DNA from: a virus
Direction: 5' to 3' (one strand)
IMG/VR virus record: IMGVR_UViG_3300038379_000484
Coordinates: 471-64,470 of that record
Length of the DNA stretch: 64,000 nucleotides
The notes below the pieces were generated by a model. That model did not search any database and was not told the DNA's origin. It saw nothing but the letters and a program-made list of their open reading frames with translations. Made by a program: the position numbers and the translations under genes. Below, one piece after another: positions 44,440 to 53,105 of this stretch (its first letter is position 1; every line of letters begins with the position of its first letter).

Positions 44440-45173
44440 TGTCGCTGCTCTTTGACGGTGTGAACGACTGGGTGGACTGCCGCGCCGGCGGCGCTGTGGT
44501 CAACTGGGTCAACTCCGCTACCGTCGCCTTCATGCAGGCGTGGGCTGTCCCCACCGCAGCAGGGGCCATCGGCCACATGATCGGCTGCTCGATCAACAAC
44601 GGCGGCGTTGCCACGCCTGATTCACGGATGAGCCTGGAGCGCTCGGCAACCGGCGCCATCGAGTCCTATAGCAGAGCCGGAGACGGTGGCGCGTTCCAGA
44701 TCGTGAACGATAACGGCAGTGGCTCTCTGCCAGCGGCGGCGGAGACGCTGTGCTCGGTCAGGTGCAACGTCGCCGGCGACTCGGTACAGATTCAGCGCAA
44801 TGGCGCGCAGACCGTCACCGCAGGCGTCGCCTACGCTGGTGGCGCGTTCACCGGGACGGGAAGCGCGTCGGCATCGCTGGGCTCGGACGAGGACGGATCG
44901 GCCACGTTCTTCGGCGGGCGCATCGAGGACGCGCGCGCCTACAACCGCAACGTGAGCGACGCCGAAATTCAGACCATTCATGCCTGTCGTGGGCACGACG
45001 GCATTTGGAGCGGCATCACCGCGCGCTACCGCTGCAACGAGGGCGCCCCTGGTGTCGCGGCCGCTGGCGCTGGCGCGATCAAGGACGTGACCAACAACCA
45101 GCGCCACGGCACGCCAACGAACGGCCCGACGTGGCAGGAGAGCAGGCTCTCCCTCAGACGGAGATTCCCATGA
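44439..45173 (+). CDS. LamG/concanavalin A-like domain protein, 244 aa
   Basis: LLFDGVNDWV, FFGGRIEDARAYNRNVSDAEI motifs; TGATG coupling. Confidence 0.8.
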   Translation: MSLLFDGVNDWVDCRAGGAVVNWVNSATVAFMQAWAVPTAAGAIGHMIGCSINNGGVATPDSRMSLERSATGAIESYSRAGDGGAFQIVNDNGSGSLPAAAETLCSVRCNVAGDSVQIQRNGAQTVTAGVAYAGGAFTGTGSASASLGSDEDGSATFFGGRIEDARAYNRNVSDAEIQTIHACRGHDGIWSGITARYRCNEGAPGVAAAGAGAIKDVTNNQRHGTPTNGPTWQESRLSLRRRFP

Positions 45174-45616
45174 GCAGCGCTTTCAACCCGGTCACGATCG
45201 AATACTACTCGTCGATCCACTCGCCAGACTTCGGCCCGCCGTGGGTGCTCGATCAGCCTGAGGCGGACGCGCTCTACAAGGCGGGCGTGCCAATCTGGTA
45301 CTGGAAGGTGGTGGGCGGCGTCGCTACGGAGATGACGCAGGCGGAGAAGGATGCGGTGAACGCTGCCAACCTCAACGCCAACCGCGACGCGAACGCCGCG
45401 ATCCTCGACAACATCGAGAACATCCTGCGCGCGGTCTGCCTCGTCGTTCTCGATCAGGTGAACGGCGACCGCAGCACGATCAACGCCATTCTCACCGCCG
45501 TCGATCAAGCGACGACGCTTGCCGACCTCAAGACGAGGATTGGTCTGATCGCCGATCTCCCCACTGGCAACGGCGCCGCATTCAAGACGGCGGTGCGTAA
45601 CAAACTCGGGACGTGA
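45170..45616 (+). CDS. putative fibre assembly/accessory protein, 148 aa
   Basis: YWKV..G...EMTQAEKDAV motif; coiled C-terminus; ATGA coupling. Confidence 0.55.
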   Translation: MSSAFNPVTIEYYSSIHSPDFGPPWVLDQPEADALYKAGVPIWYWKVVGGVATEMTQAEKDAVNAANLNANRDANAAILDNIENILRAVCLVVLDQVNGDRSTINAILTAVDQATTLADLKTRIGLIADLPTGNGAAFKTAVRNKLGT

Positions 45617-47931
45617 CCGACATGACCACCTGCCAGCCTCCCAACTGCCCGTGCTTCTGCCCGGCCGCTGATCTGCCCGTCGCGCCGATTCAGGTCGCGC
45701 AAGGCGGCCCCGGCGCGGTCGTCGACATCCCGATCTACGGCACGCAGTCCTTCAGTGTCTCGATCGTCACCAATCCGCTGTTCCCGATCGCGCAGACGCC
45801 GCTCATCGCCTCGGTGGCGATGCACTCCGGGAACATCGTTCGCGTCACGACGAACGCGCCCGCGCTTGCCGAGGCACAGCAGAACTACGCCGCGCTCATC
45901 CGCGTCTGCAACGCCTGCGGTACGCTCGACATTCCCATCACCATCGAGGTCGTCGCCGACATCACGCCGATCGTCAGCGACTGTGATCTCGCCCAGCAAC
46001 TGTGGGCGCCGGGCGGTCCCGCGCTGCCCGGCGACCTGCTGCTCGCGTTCCGCGCCGGCACCTGCCTCGCCGTAGACCTGCCCAACCTCGACGTGTGCGC
46101 GGCGATTCAGGCGTTTGCGCCGGTGTTGCCGACGCCGGCCACGCAACTCGCCACCGCCGACTGCGGGCTGGCGACCGTCGCCGACGTGCTCGCGCTATAC
46201 GACCCGTGTGCCGCCATCCAGGCGTTTCCGGCGGCGGGGCCGCTGCAGGCCGCCGATCAGATCGTCGCCGTCCAGGGCGGCGTCTGCGCGCTTGCGACGG
46301 TGCAGGACGTGGCGGCGGCGGCGGCGGCCGCGTTCGATCTCTGCACATCCTTCCAGAACCTGCCCAACGCCATCGTGCAGCCGACGGCGGTGTTCATGGG
46401 CGAGCAGAACGGCGGCTGTTTCCAGTTCGCCGTGTCCGATCTCCTCGCGCTCGCCGTGCCAGCGTGCCCCTATCTCGCCCCGTGCGACGGCTCGTGTGCG
46501 GCCCCCGCCTACTCGTTCGCCAACGCGCCGACAACGGGGATGTGGCTCAACGGCGCCATCCTCACGCTGAGCGCGAACAACTGCGCCGACATCATTGAGA
46601 TCGGCGCCAGCATCAACCTGACCGGCGCGGCAGGCGCGCCCGGCTCTAGCATCACCATGACCGGCGGCGCCGGCACCGGCGGCGGCGCTTCGGCGGTCTT
46701 TACCGTCGTCGGCGCGGCCTCCCAAGGCGGCGACATTATCGGCGCGGGCGGCGTGTCCTCGTTCGGCGCGACCGGCGGCAGCCTGTGGGTGCAGGGCGGC
46801 ATCGGCACCGGCGGCGGCGTCGTGCAGATGATTGCCGGCGACGGTCAGGTTGCCGGCGCGGGGTTCGGCGGCAACGCGATCATGCGTGCCGGCAAGAGCT
46901 ACGGCGGCACCAGCGGGCCAACCGCGTCGCTGAAAGGCGGCGAGGCCGTCAACGGCACCGGCGGAGCAGCGCTGATAGACGGCGGAGCGTCGGACACCGG
47001 CACCGGCGGCGCGGTGTTCATAACTGGCGGGTTATCCAACACCGGGAACGGTGGGCAGGCCCAGCTATTAGGTGGGACGGCGAGTAACGGAGGGAATGCA
47101 GGCCACGCCATCGTCATCGGCGGACAAGCTGTTGGCGGTGGCAGCGCTGGCAACGTGAGGCTGCTCGGCGGCACCGGGTTCGGCGGTTCGTCGCACGGTC
47201 AGGTAATCGTGCTGACCAGCAGCCCGCCAACCGAGCGCATCAGGTGGACGGCAACAGGTGAGTGGGCGATCGGCGGGAACGTCGGCATAGCCGGTCAGGT
47301 CATCACGAGCAACGGCGCCGGCCTGCCGCCGACGTGGCAATCACCTCCGGGTCCATCAGAACCGGCGAACCAGATTGTTTTCGGCACAGGCGCCGGAGTG
47401 GACAGCGACCCAGACCTCACCTACGTCGCGTCGACAGGTCGCTTCTGGGTCAACACGACTGACGGCGTAACCCCCAGCGTAAGCGTCGCCGGAATCCCGC
47501 CCGACTGCACGATCGCTGGCGTCAGCGCGTCTACGCCTGGCACTTCTGGTGGCGCGCTGAGACTGCAGGGGGGGCGTGGCAACACGACGGGACTCGGCGG
47601 CAACGTCATCGTCAGCGCCGGGAACGGCGGCGTGAACGGGCGTGGCGGCGACCTGATCCTGCGTGGCGGCGCGACCGGCGCGGATGGTGACGGCGGCGAT
47701 ATTCTCATCGGCACATATCAGGGCTTCGGGACGAACAGGAACGGCGGCAACATCCGCGTCGATCTCGGCGCCCCGACCGGGACTGGGACCGGAGGCTACT
47801 TTAGTCTCACCGCGAACGTCGAAAGATTCCGCATCGCCTACAACGGCGAGTGGCAGCTCGCTCTGAATCCTGGATTGCCGGGTCAGAAACTTACATCGCA
47901 GGGGCCAGGGCTTCCGCCGATCTGGGTGTGA
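45613..47931 (+). CDS. Gly-rich fibre/adhesin-like protein, 772 aa
   Basis: Repeated D.C..(I/F)Q modules, GSCAAPAYSF module, long GG.x.x.GG repeats. Confidence 0.7.
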   Translation: MTDMTTCQPPNCPCFCPAADLPVAPIQVAQGGPGAVVDIPIYGTQSFSVSIVTNPLFPIAQTPLIASVAMHSGNIVRVTTNAPALAEAQQNYAALIRVCNACGTLDIPITIEVVADITPIVSDCDLAQQLWAPGGPALPGDLLLAFRAGTCLAVDLPNLDVCAAIQAFAPVLPTPATQLATADCGLATVADVLALYDPCAAIQAFPAAGPLQAADQIVAVQGGVCALATVQDVAAAAAAAFDLCTSFQNLPNAIVQPTAVFMGEQNGGCFQFAVSDLLALAVPACPYLAPCDGSCAAPAYSFANAPTTGMWLNGAILTLSANNCADIIEIGASINLTGAAGAPGSSITMTGGAGTGGGASAVFTVVGAASQGGDIIGAGGVSSFGATGGSLWVQGGIGTGGGVVQMIAGDGQVAGAGFGGNAIMRAGKSYGGTSGPTASLKGGEAVNGTGGAALIDGGASDTGTGGAVFITGGLSNTGNGGQAQLLGGTASNGGNAGHAIVIGGQAVGGGSAGNVRLLGGTGFGGSSHGQVIVLTSSPPTERIRWTATGEWAIGGNVGIAGQVITSNGAGLPPTWQSPPGPSEPANQIVFGTGAGVDSDPDLTYVASTGRFWVNTTDGVTPSVSVAGIPPDCTIAGVSASTPGTSGGALRLQGGRGNTTGLGGNVIVSAGNGGVNGRGGDLILRGGATGADGDGGDILIGTYQGFGTNRNGGNIRVDLGAPTGTGTGGYFSLTANVERFRIAYNGEWQLALNPGLPGQKLTSQGPGLPPIWV

Positions 47932-47933
47932 CA

Positions 47934-48209
47934 ATGGATTACGAAAAGCTCAACCCCTGCCAATACGAGCGCGCGGTGCGCCTGCTCGACTGGGCGGAGA
48001 CTGGCTGCTGGTGCTGCACGGCGATCCGCGCCCTGCTGGTCGGCCTATGGATCGGCCTGACCATCGGCGCGCTCGCATGGGGCGGGGCGATGCCGGGCGC
48101 GATCGTCTGGGTCGTGGGCGCCGCGATCGTCGGGCCAGCGCTTTTCATCGCGCGGCGAATCTGGAAGGACTCCTATTCTGCGGAGGGTGAAGATGAACGG
48201 CAACCGTAG
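47934..48209 (+). CDS. small membrane protein with CWCC motif, 91 aa
   Basis: Two hydrophobic helices preceded by GCWCC. Confidence 0.55.
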   Translation: MDYEKLNPCQYERAVRLLDWAETGCWCCTAIRALLVGLWIGLTIGALAWGGAMPGAIVWVVGAAIVGPALFIARRIWKDSYSAEGEDERQP

Positions 48210-51200
48210 GCTGCTCTTTGACGTCAATTCGACGTCGACGATTTCAGATGTCGTCGCCGTCCCCGAGGGCGGCTGCGTCCAGATCAACTCGTGGAATCTC
48301 GGCCCTGGCGAGACCGCGCAAGCATTCCGTCTTCTCGTGGCGAGTGGCGCGTTGCCGAGCGGTGGCGATTCCTGCACTCCGCCGCAGCAGATCACGCCCT
48401 CGCAGATCCTCGCCGAGACTCCGTACACGCCATGCAACGTCGACGTCGAGGTCGGGCAGGAGCCGAACTACAACGTCACCACGATCGTCATCCAGCAACC
48501 AGGGTATTACCGCTTCCACATTACGCCGTCTGCGCTTGGATCGGCGATCGTGGAGGCGATCACGCTTCAAGGTGAGGAAGCCTGTCGTCAGGCGGCGTCA
48601 GCATGCTGCTGCACACCGGAGGTGTGGTGGCAGGGCGTGAGCCTGAGCCCGTGCCTCACCATCACCCCGGGTGGTAGCGCTGGTCACGCGCCGATCTTCA
48701 ATATCGACGCCTGCTGTCTGTTCCAGTCGCTCACACCGAATCCGAATCCGGTACTGACCGACGAACTCATCTTCCTCAGCGGTGGCAACTGCTTCCGCGC
48801 CACGATCGACGAGATCTTCAGCAGCGCCATCGTTTGCGACAGCCTGACCGAACTCGGCGTGGTCGCGCCCGCTGCTGGCGACACAATCATCGGTGTCGAT
48901 CAAGCCCTCAACTGCAAGCGCATGGACGGCGAGACCTTCGTCGAGTTCTTCGAGACGCCGTGGACCGGCATCTCGGCGACGCCCGCTCTCACCATCGCGC
49001 CCGGCGGCGTGAACGGCCACGGACCGACCTTCACCTACGACCTCTGCGCCGACATTCAGGCGCAGGCGTCGTGCGGCTGCGAGCCGAATCCTGGCGATCA
49101 GGTGCTGATCGTGCAGGCCGGCGCCTGCGTCCTCGCCAACTGGCCGACAGTAGACCTGTGCGATCAGGCGCAGGCGCTTGCGGCGAGTGGCAACCCGCCG
49201 AATCCGGGTGACGAGATCATCGTCAGCACCGGCGGCAACTGCCTGCGCGCGATCTGGCCGACGGTGGACCTCTGCGACCAGATCGGCGCCCTACCCAACG
49301 GCGCGCTGATCGCCGGCGACACCGTGCCCGTGCGCGAGGCCGGCGGCGCGTGCAAGCAGGTGCTCGCCACGGCGTTCGGCGGCGGTGGGGCCTTCGATGG
49401 CGGCCCCATCAACAACCCGATCGAGGGGCCTGACGGATCGTGCGCGGCCCCGACGTACTCGTTCACCACCGATCCGTCGAGCGGCGTGTTCTACGACCCC
49501 GCCTCCCCGGTGACGTGCGACGGCGGGCCGACGGTGGTCATCGGCTGGCAGAACTGCGCCTCGCGCCTCGACGTGGGCGAGAGCATTCGGCTGACCGCGC
49601 AGAATGGCGACTCCTTCGAGGTGGGATGCAGCGCGACGCTCACCACAGCGGCGGGGGATGTCACCGTTAACTCCGCCGGCGAGATTTTCCTCAACGCTCT
49701 TTCCGGCAACGTGCAGGCGACGGCGTTCATCGACGTTCTGCTCACCGCCAGCAACGGCAGCGCGCAACTCATCTCCAGCGCCTCGATCGCGCGTCTGCGC
49801 GGCTTCCTTGGCGCGCACCTAATGGCCGGTGGCACCGACTGGCTCGTGATCCAGGGCAGCGGGGCGTGGCTCGTCAATGGCAGCGCCGGGCTGGCGACGC
49901 AGGTGCTCACCAGCAACGGTGTTGGCGCCTCCCCGACGTGGCAGACGCCAAGCCTCTCCTTCCCGGTGACGGCGCCGAACGGCTCCTGCGCCGCTCCTGC
50001 CTACTCGTTCACGGCATCGCCGGACTCGGGGATGTTCTACACCGGGACCGCTGTCCGCATCGGCGACGACAACTGCACCGACTACATCGAGGTCGGCGCG
50101 AGCATCAACATCGTCAGCAGCGCGAGCAACGTCATCATCGACGCTGGCGGCAGCGACATCCTGATCGAAGGCAGCGGGACCAGCACCGACATTCGCATCA
50201 AGAGCGGGGACAACCTCGCCGGCCGGGCGGGCAGGATACTCTTCGAGCTAGGCGCCGGCGACAAGTCGATCTCCTCGAACAACGCCGAGGCCGGGTTCGT
50301 CTGGCCGGGCGCGCCCACGAGCAACAACTTTGGGAAGTGGGGGCTCTACTCGAACGGGACGATCTCGAACGGCACGCGGCTGTTCACGATGAACGACGTT
50401 GCCGACATCGAGTTTCACGGGCCGATCGGCGCCGGCGGGACGAAACACGTCCACCAGACGCGCGACTTCCTCATCGGCCGTGACGATCTGCCCGCAGGCG
50501 CGACCGCAGGTTTCGCATTCCTGCCGCGCGTGCCAAGCGTTCCGGCCGTGCCGACGAACTACGGTGGCCCGACTGGCCGGAACCCGATCGTCGTCACCGA
50601 AATCGCCGGCACGACCTGCCTCCTGGTCTACAACTATTCGAGCGGAGCGTGGCACTCGACATGCTTCAACGCATCCGGCGCTATCGCGAGCCCGGCCTTC
50701 CCGGTGTCCGCGCCCGATGGCTCGTGCGCGGCGCCAAGCTATAGCTTCTCGTCGTCACCAGACTCGGGGATGTTCTACGACCCCGCCGGCGTCGGCTCGG
50801 TGGTCATCGGCGACGACAACTGCACCGACTTCATCGCGGTAGGGGCTAGCATCCGCGCATGGGCCGGCTCCAACGGCGGCGTCGATGTGAACGTCACCGC
50901 CGGCGGATCGCCGGTATCGCTCATTGGCGCTGCCGAGGACGTGCGCATCTACGGCGCGACGAGCAGTGGAGGAGCCCCTGGCGACATTCTCGTGCAGGCC
51001 GGCCGTGCGACTGGCGCCTTCAACAACGGAGCGACGGTCGAAATCTTCGGTGGCCGCGCAGACGGTGCGGACAGGCTCGGCGGCAACGTCTTCGTCCGAG
51101 GCGGGATGGCGACAGGAGTCGCCTTCGGCAGCCAGGGCGGCGATCTGACGCTGACCGGCGGCTCGCACGCCGCGACCCAAGGTGGCCGGGTCATCATCCA

Positions 51201-51786
51201 GGCCGGCGCCGTCGTCGGCACGCCTGGGACGAACCCATCCGTAGAGATGGGCCAGAACGGCTCGCACAGCGCCGGCGCGCAGCTTTCCCTGCCTGCTCGT
51301 CCATCGAGCAGCATCGACTTCAGCGGACGCGGCGGCATCGCCGGGACCACGCCTGATGGCCAGAGCATCTCGATGTCGGGCGGCGACGCGGCAGCCGGCT
51401 CCGGGGCGAACGGCGGATTCCTCCGCTTCGCGCCAGGGCGCGCCGACGGCGCGGGACAGCGCGGACAAGCGCGGTGGGAATACTTCAACGGCGGCACCAA
51501 CGTCACCATCGGTGGCTGGTCATCCTGGGGCGATGTTGTCGCCGGCGGATACGGCGATGGGACCGTCGGCGGGGCTGGAGTGGCGCTTCCGGTCGGCAAC
51601 ACCACGGGGTTCTTCTGGGGGCCGAGGATCGCTGGTGCGCCGACCGGCGTGCCGAGCGGCCTCGACTTTTCCGGGCCGCCGTCAAATTACGCTAACCCAA
51701 TCGCGTTCGAGCAGAACGGCGGGAACATCGTGCTGTGGGTCTACAGCTTCGCTGCCGCGGCGTGGAGAAGCGTGACGCTCGTGTGA
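48187..51786 (+). CDS. Cys/Gly-rich fibre-like protein, ~1199 aa
   Basis: Three GSCAAP.YSF modules, WPTVDLCDQ duplication, Gly-rich C-terminal domain. Confidence 0.72.
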   Translation: MKMNGNRRLLFDVNSTSTISDVVAVPEGGCVQINSWNLGPGETAQAFRLLVASGALPSGGDSCTPPQQITPSQILAETPYTPCNVDVEVGQEPNYNVTTIVIQQPGYYRFHITPSALGSAIVEAITLQGEEACRQAASACCCTPEVWWQGVSLSPCLTITPGGSAGHAPIFNIDACCLFQSLTPNPNPVLTDELIFLSGGNCFRATIDEIFSSAIVCDSLTELGVVAPAAGDTIIGVDQALNCKRMDGETFVEFFETPWTGISATPALTIAPGGVNGHGPTFTYDLCADIQAQASCGCEPNPGDQVLIVQAGACVLANWPTVDLCDQAQALAASGNPPNPGDEIIVSTGGNCLRAIWPTVDLCDQIGALPNGALIAGDTVPVREAGGACKQVLATAFGGGGAFDGGPINNPIEGPDGSCAAPTYSFTTDPSSGVFYDPASPVTCDGGPTVVIGWQNCASRLDVGESIRLTAQNGDSFEVGCSATLTTAAGDVTVNSAGEIFLNALSGNVQATAFIDVLLTASNGSAQLISSASIARLRGFLGAHLMAGGTDWLVIQGSGAWLVNGSAGLATQVLTSNGVGASPTWQTPSLSFPVTAPNGSCAAPAYSFTASPDSGMFYTGTAVRIGDDNCTDYIEVGASINIVSSASNVIIDAGGSDILIEGSGTSTDIRIKSGDNLAGRAGRILFELGAGDKSISSNNAEAGFVWPGAPTSNNFGKWGLYSNGTISNGTRLFTMNDVADIEFHGPIGAGGTKHVHQTRDFLIGRDDLPAGATAGFAFLPRVPSVPAVPTNYGGPTGRNPIVVTEIAGTTCLLVYNYSSGAWHSTCFNASGAIASPAFPVSAPDGSCAAPSYSFSSSPDSGMFYDPAGVGSVVIGDDNCTDFIAVGASIRAWAGSNGGVDVNVTAGGSPVSLIGAAEDVRIYGATSSGGAPGDILVQAGRATGAFNNGATVEIFGGRADGADRLGGNVFVRGGMATGVAFGSQGGDLTLTGGSHAATQGGRVIIQAGAVVGTPGTNPSVEMGQNGSHSAGAQLSLPARPSSSIDFSGRGGIAGTTPDGQSISMSGGDAAAGSGANGGFLRFAPGRADGAGQRGQARWEYFNGGTNVTIGGWSSWGDVVAGGYGDGTVGGAGVALPVGNTTGFFWGPRIAGAPTGVPSGLDFSGPPSNYANPIAFEQNGGNIVLWVYSFAAAAWRSVTLV

Positions 51787-52196
51787 TGAACCGCCGTGAA
51801 CGTAGACAGCTTGAACGGCAAGCCCGCCGCCGCAGAGGCGGGCAACTTAGGAGAAGAAAGATGAAGATCGACTTCGACGTGAAGCTCAAGGATCCGATGG
51901 ACAAGGAGTTCAGCGATGGTGCGACCGTGAAGGCGGCCGCCTACGCCGCTCTGTCATCGCAAATCCAAGAGGATCAGATGATGAGCATGGATCAGAAGCT
52001 GAAGCTCTACAGGCTGACGCAGAAGATCGCGCCCGGCGGCGTGATCGATCTGCCGGCGGAGGACATCGCCACGATCAAGACGCGCGCGGCGAAGGTACTC
52101 CCGCTCATCGGCTTCGGCGCCCTCTGCGACGCGCTGGAGACGAAGGCGCAGGTGGTCGAGCTTCCTGCTGCCGAGCAGGACAAGAAGGTGGGCTGA
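51786..52196 (+). CDS. putative fibre chaperone-like protein (111 aa from 51861; 136 aa with Arg-rich extension from 51786)
   Basis: TGATG-coupled ATG at 51786 in frame with an SD-preceded ATG at 51861. Confidence 0.6.
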   Translation: MNRRERRQLERQARRRRGGQLRRRKMKIDFDVKLKDPMDKEFSDGATVKAAAYAALSSQIQEDQMMSMDQKLKLYRLTQKIAPGGVIDLPAEDIATIKTRAAKVLPLIGFGALCDALETKAQVVELPAAEQDKKVG

Positions 52197-52197
52197 C

Positions 52198-52668
52198 GTG
52201 GGCTGCGAGATCCAGACCGGCGTCTACGTCGATGAACTGCCGGCGGTCAACGACTGCGGACTGAAGGAGAGACCTGTGGATCCCAGCATCCTGTTCAACG
52301 CGCAGTCGACGTCTGAGTTCTCGCCCACCTTCAACGTCGCCGAAGGCGAGTGCGCGCTGCTCAGCGCGTACTCGACCTGCGGCGGCACGATCCAGATCGA
52401 GAAGCTGTTGTTCTCGAAGCCTGAGCTACCGTTCATCGGAGCGGGTAGCTGCGCCTGCGATTTCCCCATTCCAACGCCCGAGCAGATCGCGGGCATGGAC
52501 GTGTGCGGATGGACGATGAGCGACTGCGCGCAGATCCGCAACATCTGCACGCCCGGCACCTACCGCCTGCACGCTCCCGCAAATCTCCTCGGCTGCCTGA
52601 TGGTGACGATGGAGAGGGTGCGGCAGCGGGCGACGCCGATCCCGCAGGGGCTGGTGCTTGGCGCGTAG
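52198..52668 (+). CDS. Cys-rich putative virion protein, 156 aa
   Basis: 10 Cys; resembles the N-terminal domain of the 1199-aa protein (FS.TF.V..G.C...). Confidence 0.6.
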   Translation: MGCEIQTGVYVDELPAVNDCGLKERPVDPSILFNAQSTSEFSPTFNVAEGECALLSAYSTCGGTIQIEKLLFSKPELPFIGAGSCACDFPIPTPEQIAGMDVCGWTMSDCAQIRNICTPGTYRLHAPANLLGCLMVTMERVRQRATPIPQGLVLGA

Positions 52669-52693
52669 TGAGCGCACACTAACGGAGACACCC

Positions 52694-52867
52694 ATGGCGA
52701 AGAAGTGGATTGCAGGGGCGATCAAGCACCCGGGGGCGCTGACGAAGCAGGCGAAGGCCGCGGGACAGACCGTGGCCGAGTTCTGCCGGCGCAGTCATTC
52801 GGACGCGACCACGCAGCGCAGGTGCAACCTCGCCAAGACGCTGCGCGGCATGAACAGGGGGCGCTGA
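52694..52867 (+). CDS. small basic protein, 57 aa
   Basis: KKWI.GAIKHPGAL...LAKTL motif; SD GGAG. Confidence 0.7.
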   Translation: MAKKWIAGAIKHPGALTKQAKAAGQTVAEFCRRSHSDATTQRRCNLAKTLRGMNRGR

Positions 52868-52868
52868 C

Positions 52869-52919
52869 ATGGCCTGCAAGAAGAAGGGTAAGGGCGGCTC
52901 GAAGCGGCCGCGGTACTGA
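52869..52919 (+). CDS. 16-aa Lys/Arg-rich micro-protein
   Basis: MACKKKGKGGSKRPRY; fills the gap between two basic ORFs. Confidence 0.45.
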   Translation: MACKKKGKGGSKRPRY

Positions 52920-52928
52920 GGAACGGTC

Positions 52929-53096
52929 ATGCGTAAGCCGACGACGAAGGCGGGCAAGCAGGACAAGATGGGGCAGTGCATGCGCGAATACAAGGAAGGC
53001 ACGCTTCACAGCGGTCGCGGCGGGCCAGTCGTGACCTCGCGCAAGCAGGCTCAGGCGATCTGCCTGAACGTGAGCGGGCAGAGCAGGAAGCGCTAG
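52929..53096 (+). CDS. DUF6496-like small basic protein, 55 aa
   Basis: MREYKEGTLHSG.GGPVVTSRKQA.AI motif; SD GAGG. Confidence 0.7.
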   Translation: MRKPTTKAGKQDKMGQCMREYKEGTLHSGRGGPVVTSRKQAQAICLNVSGQSRKR

Positions 53097-53105
53097 GAGA
53101 CGATC

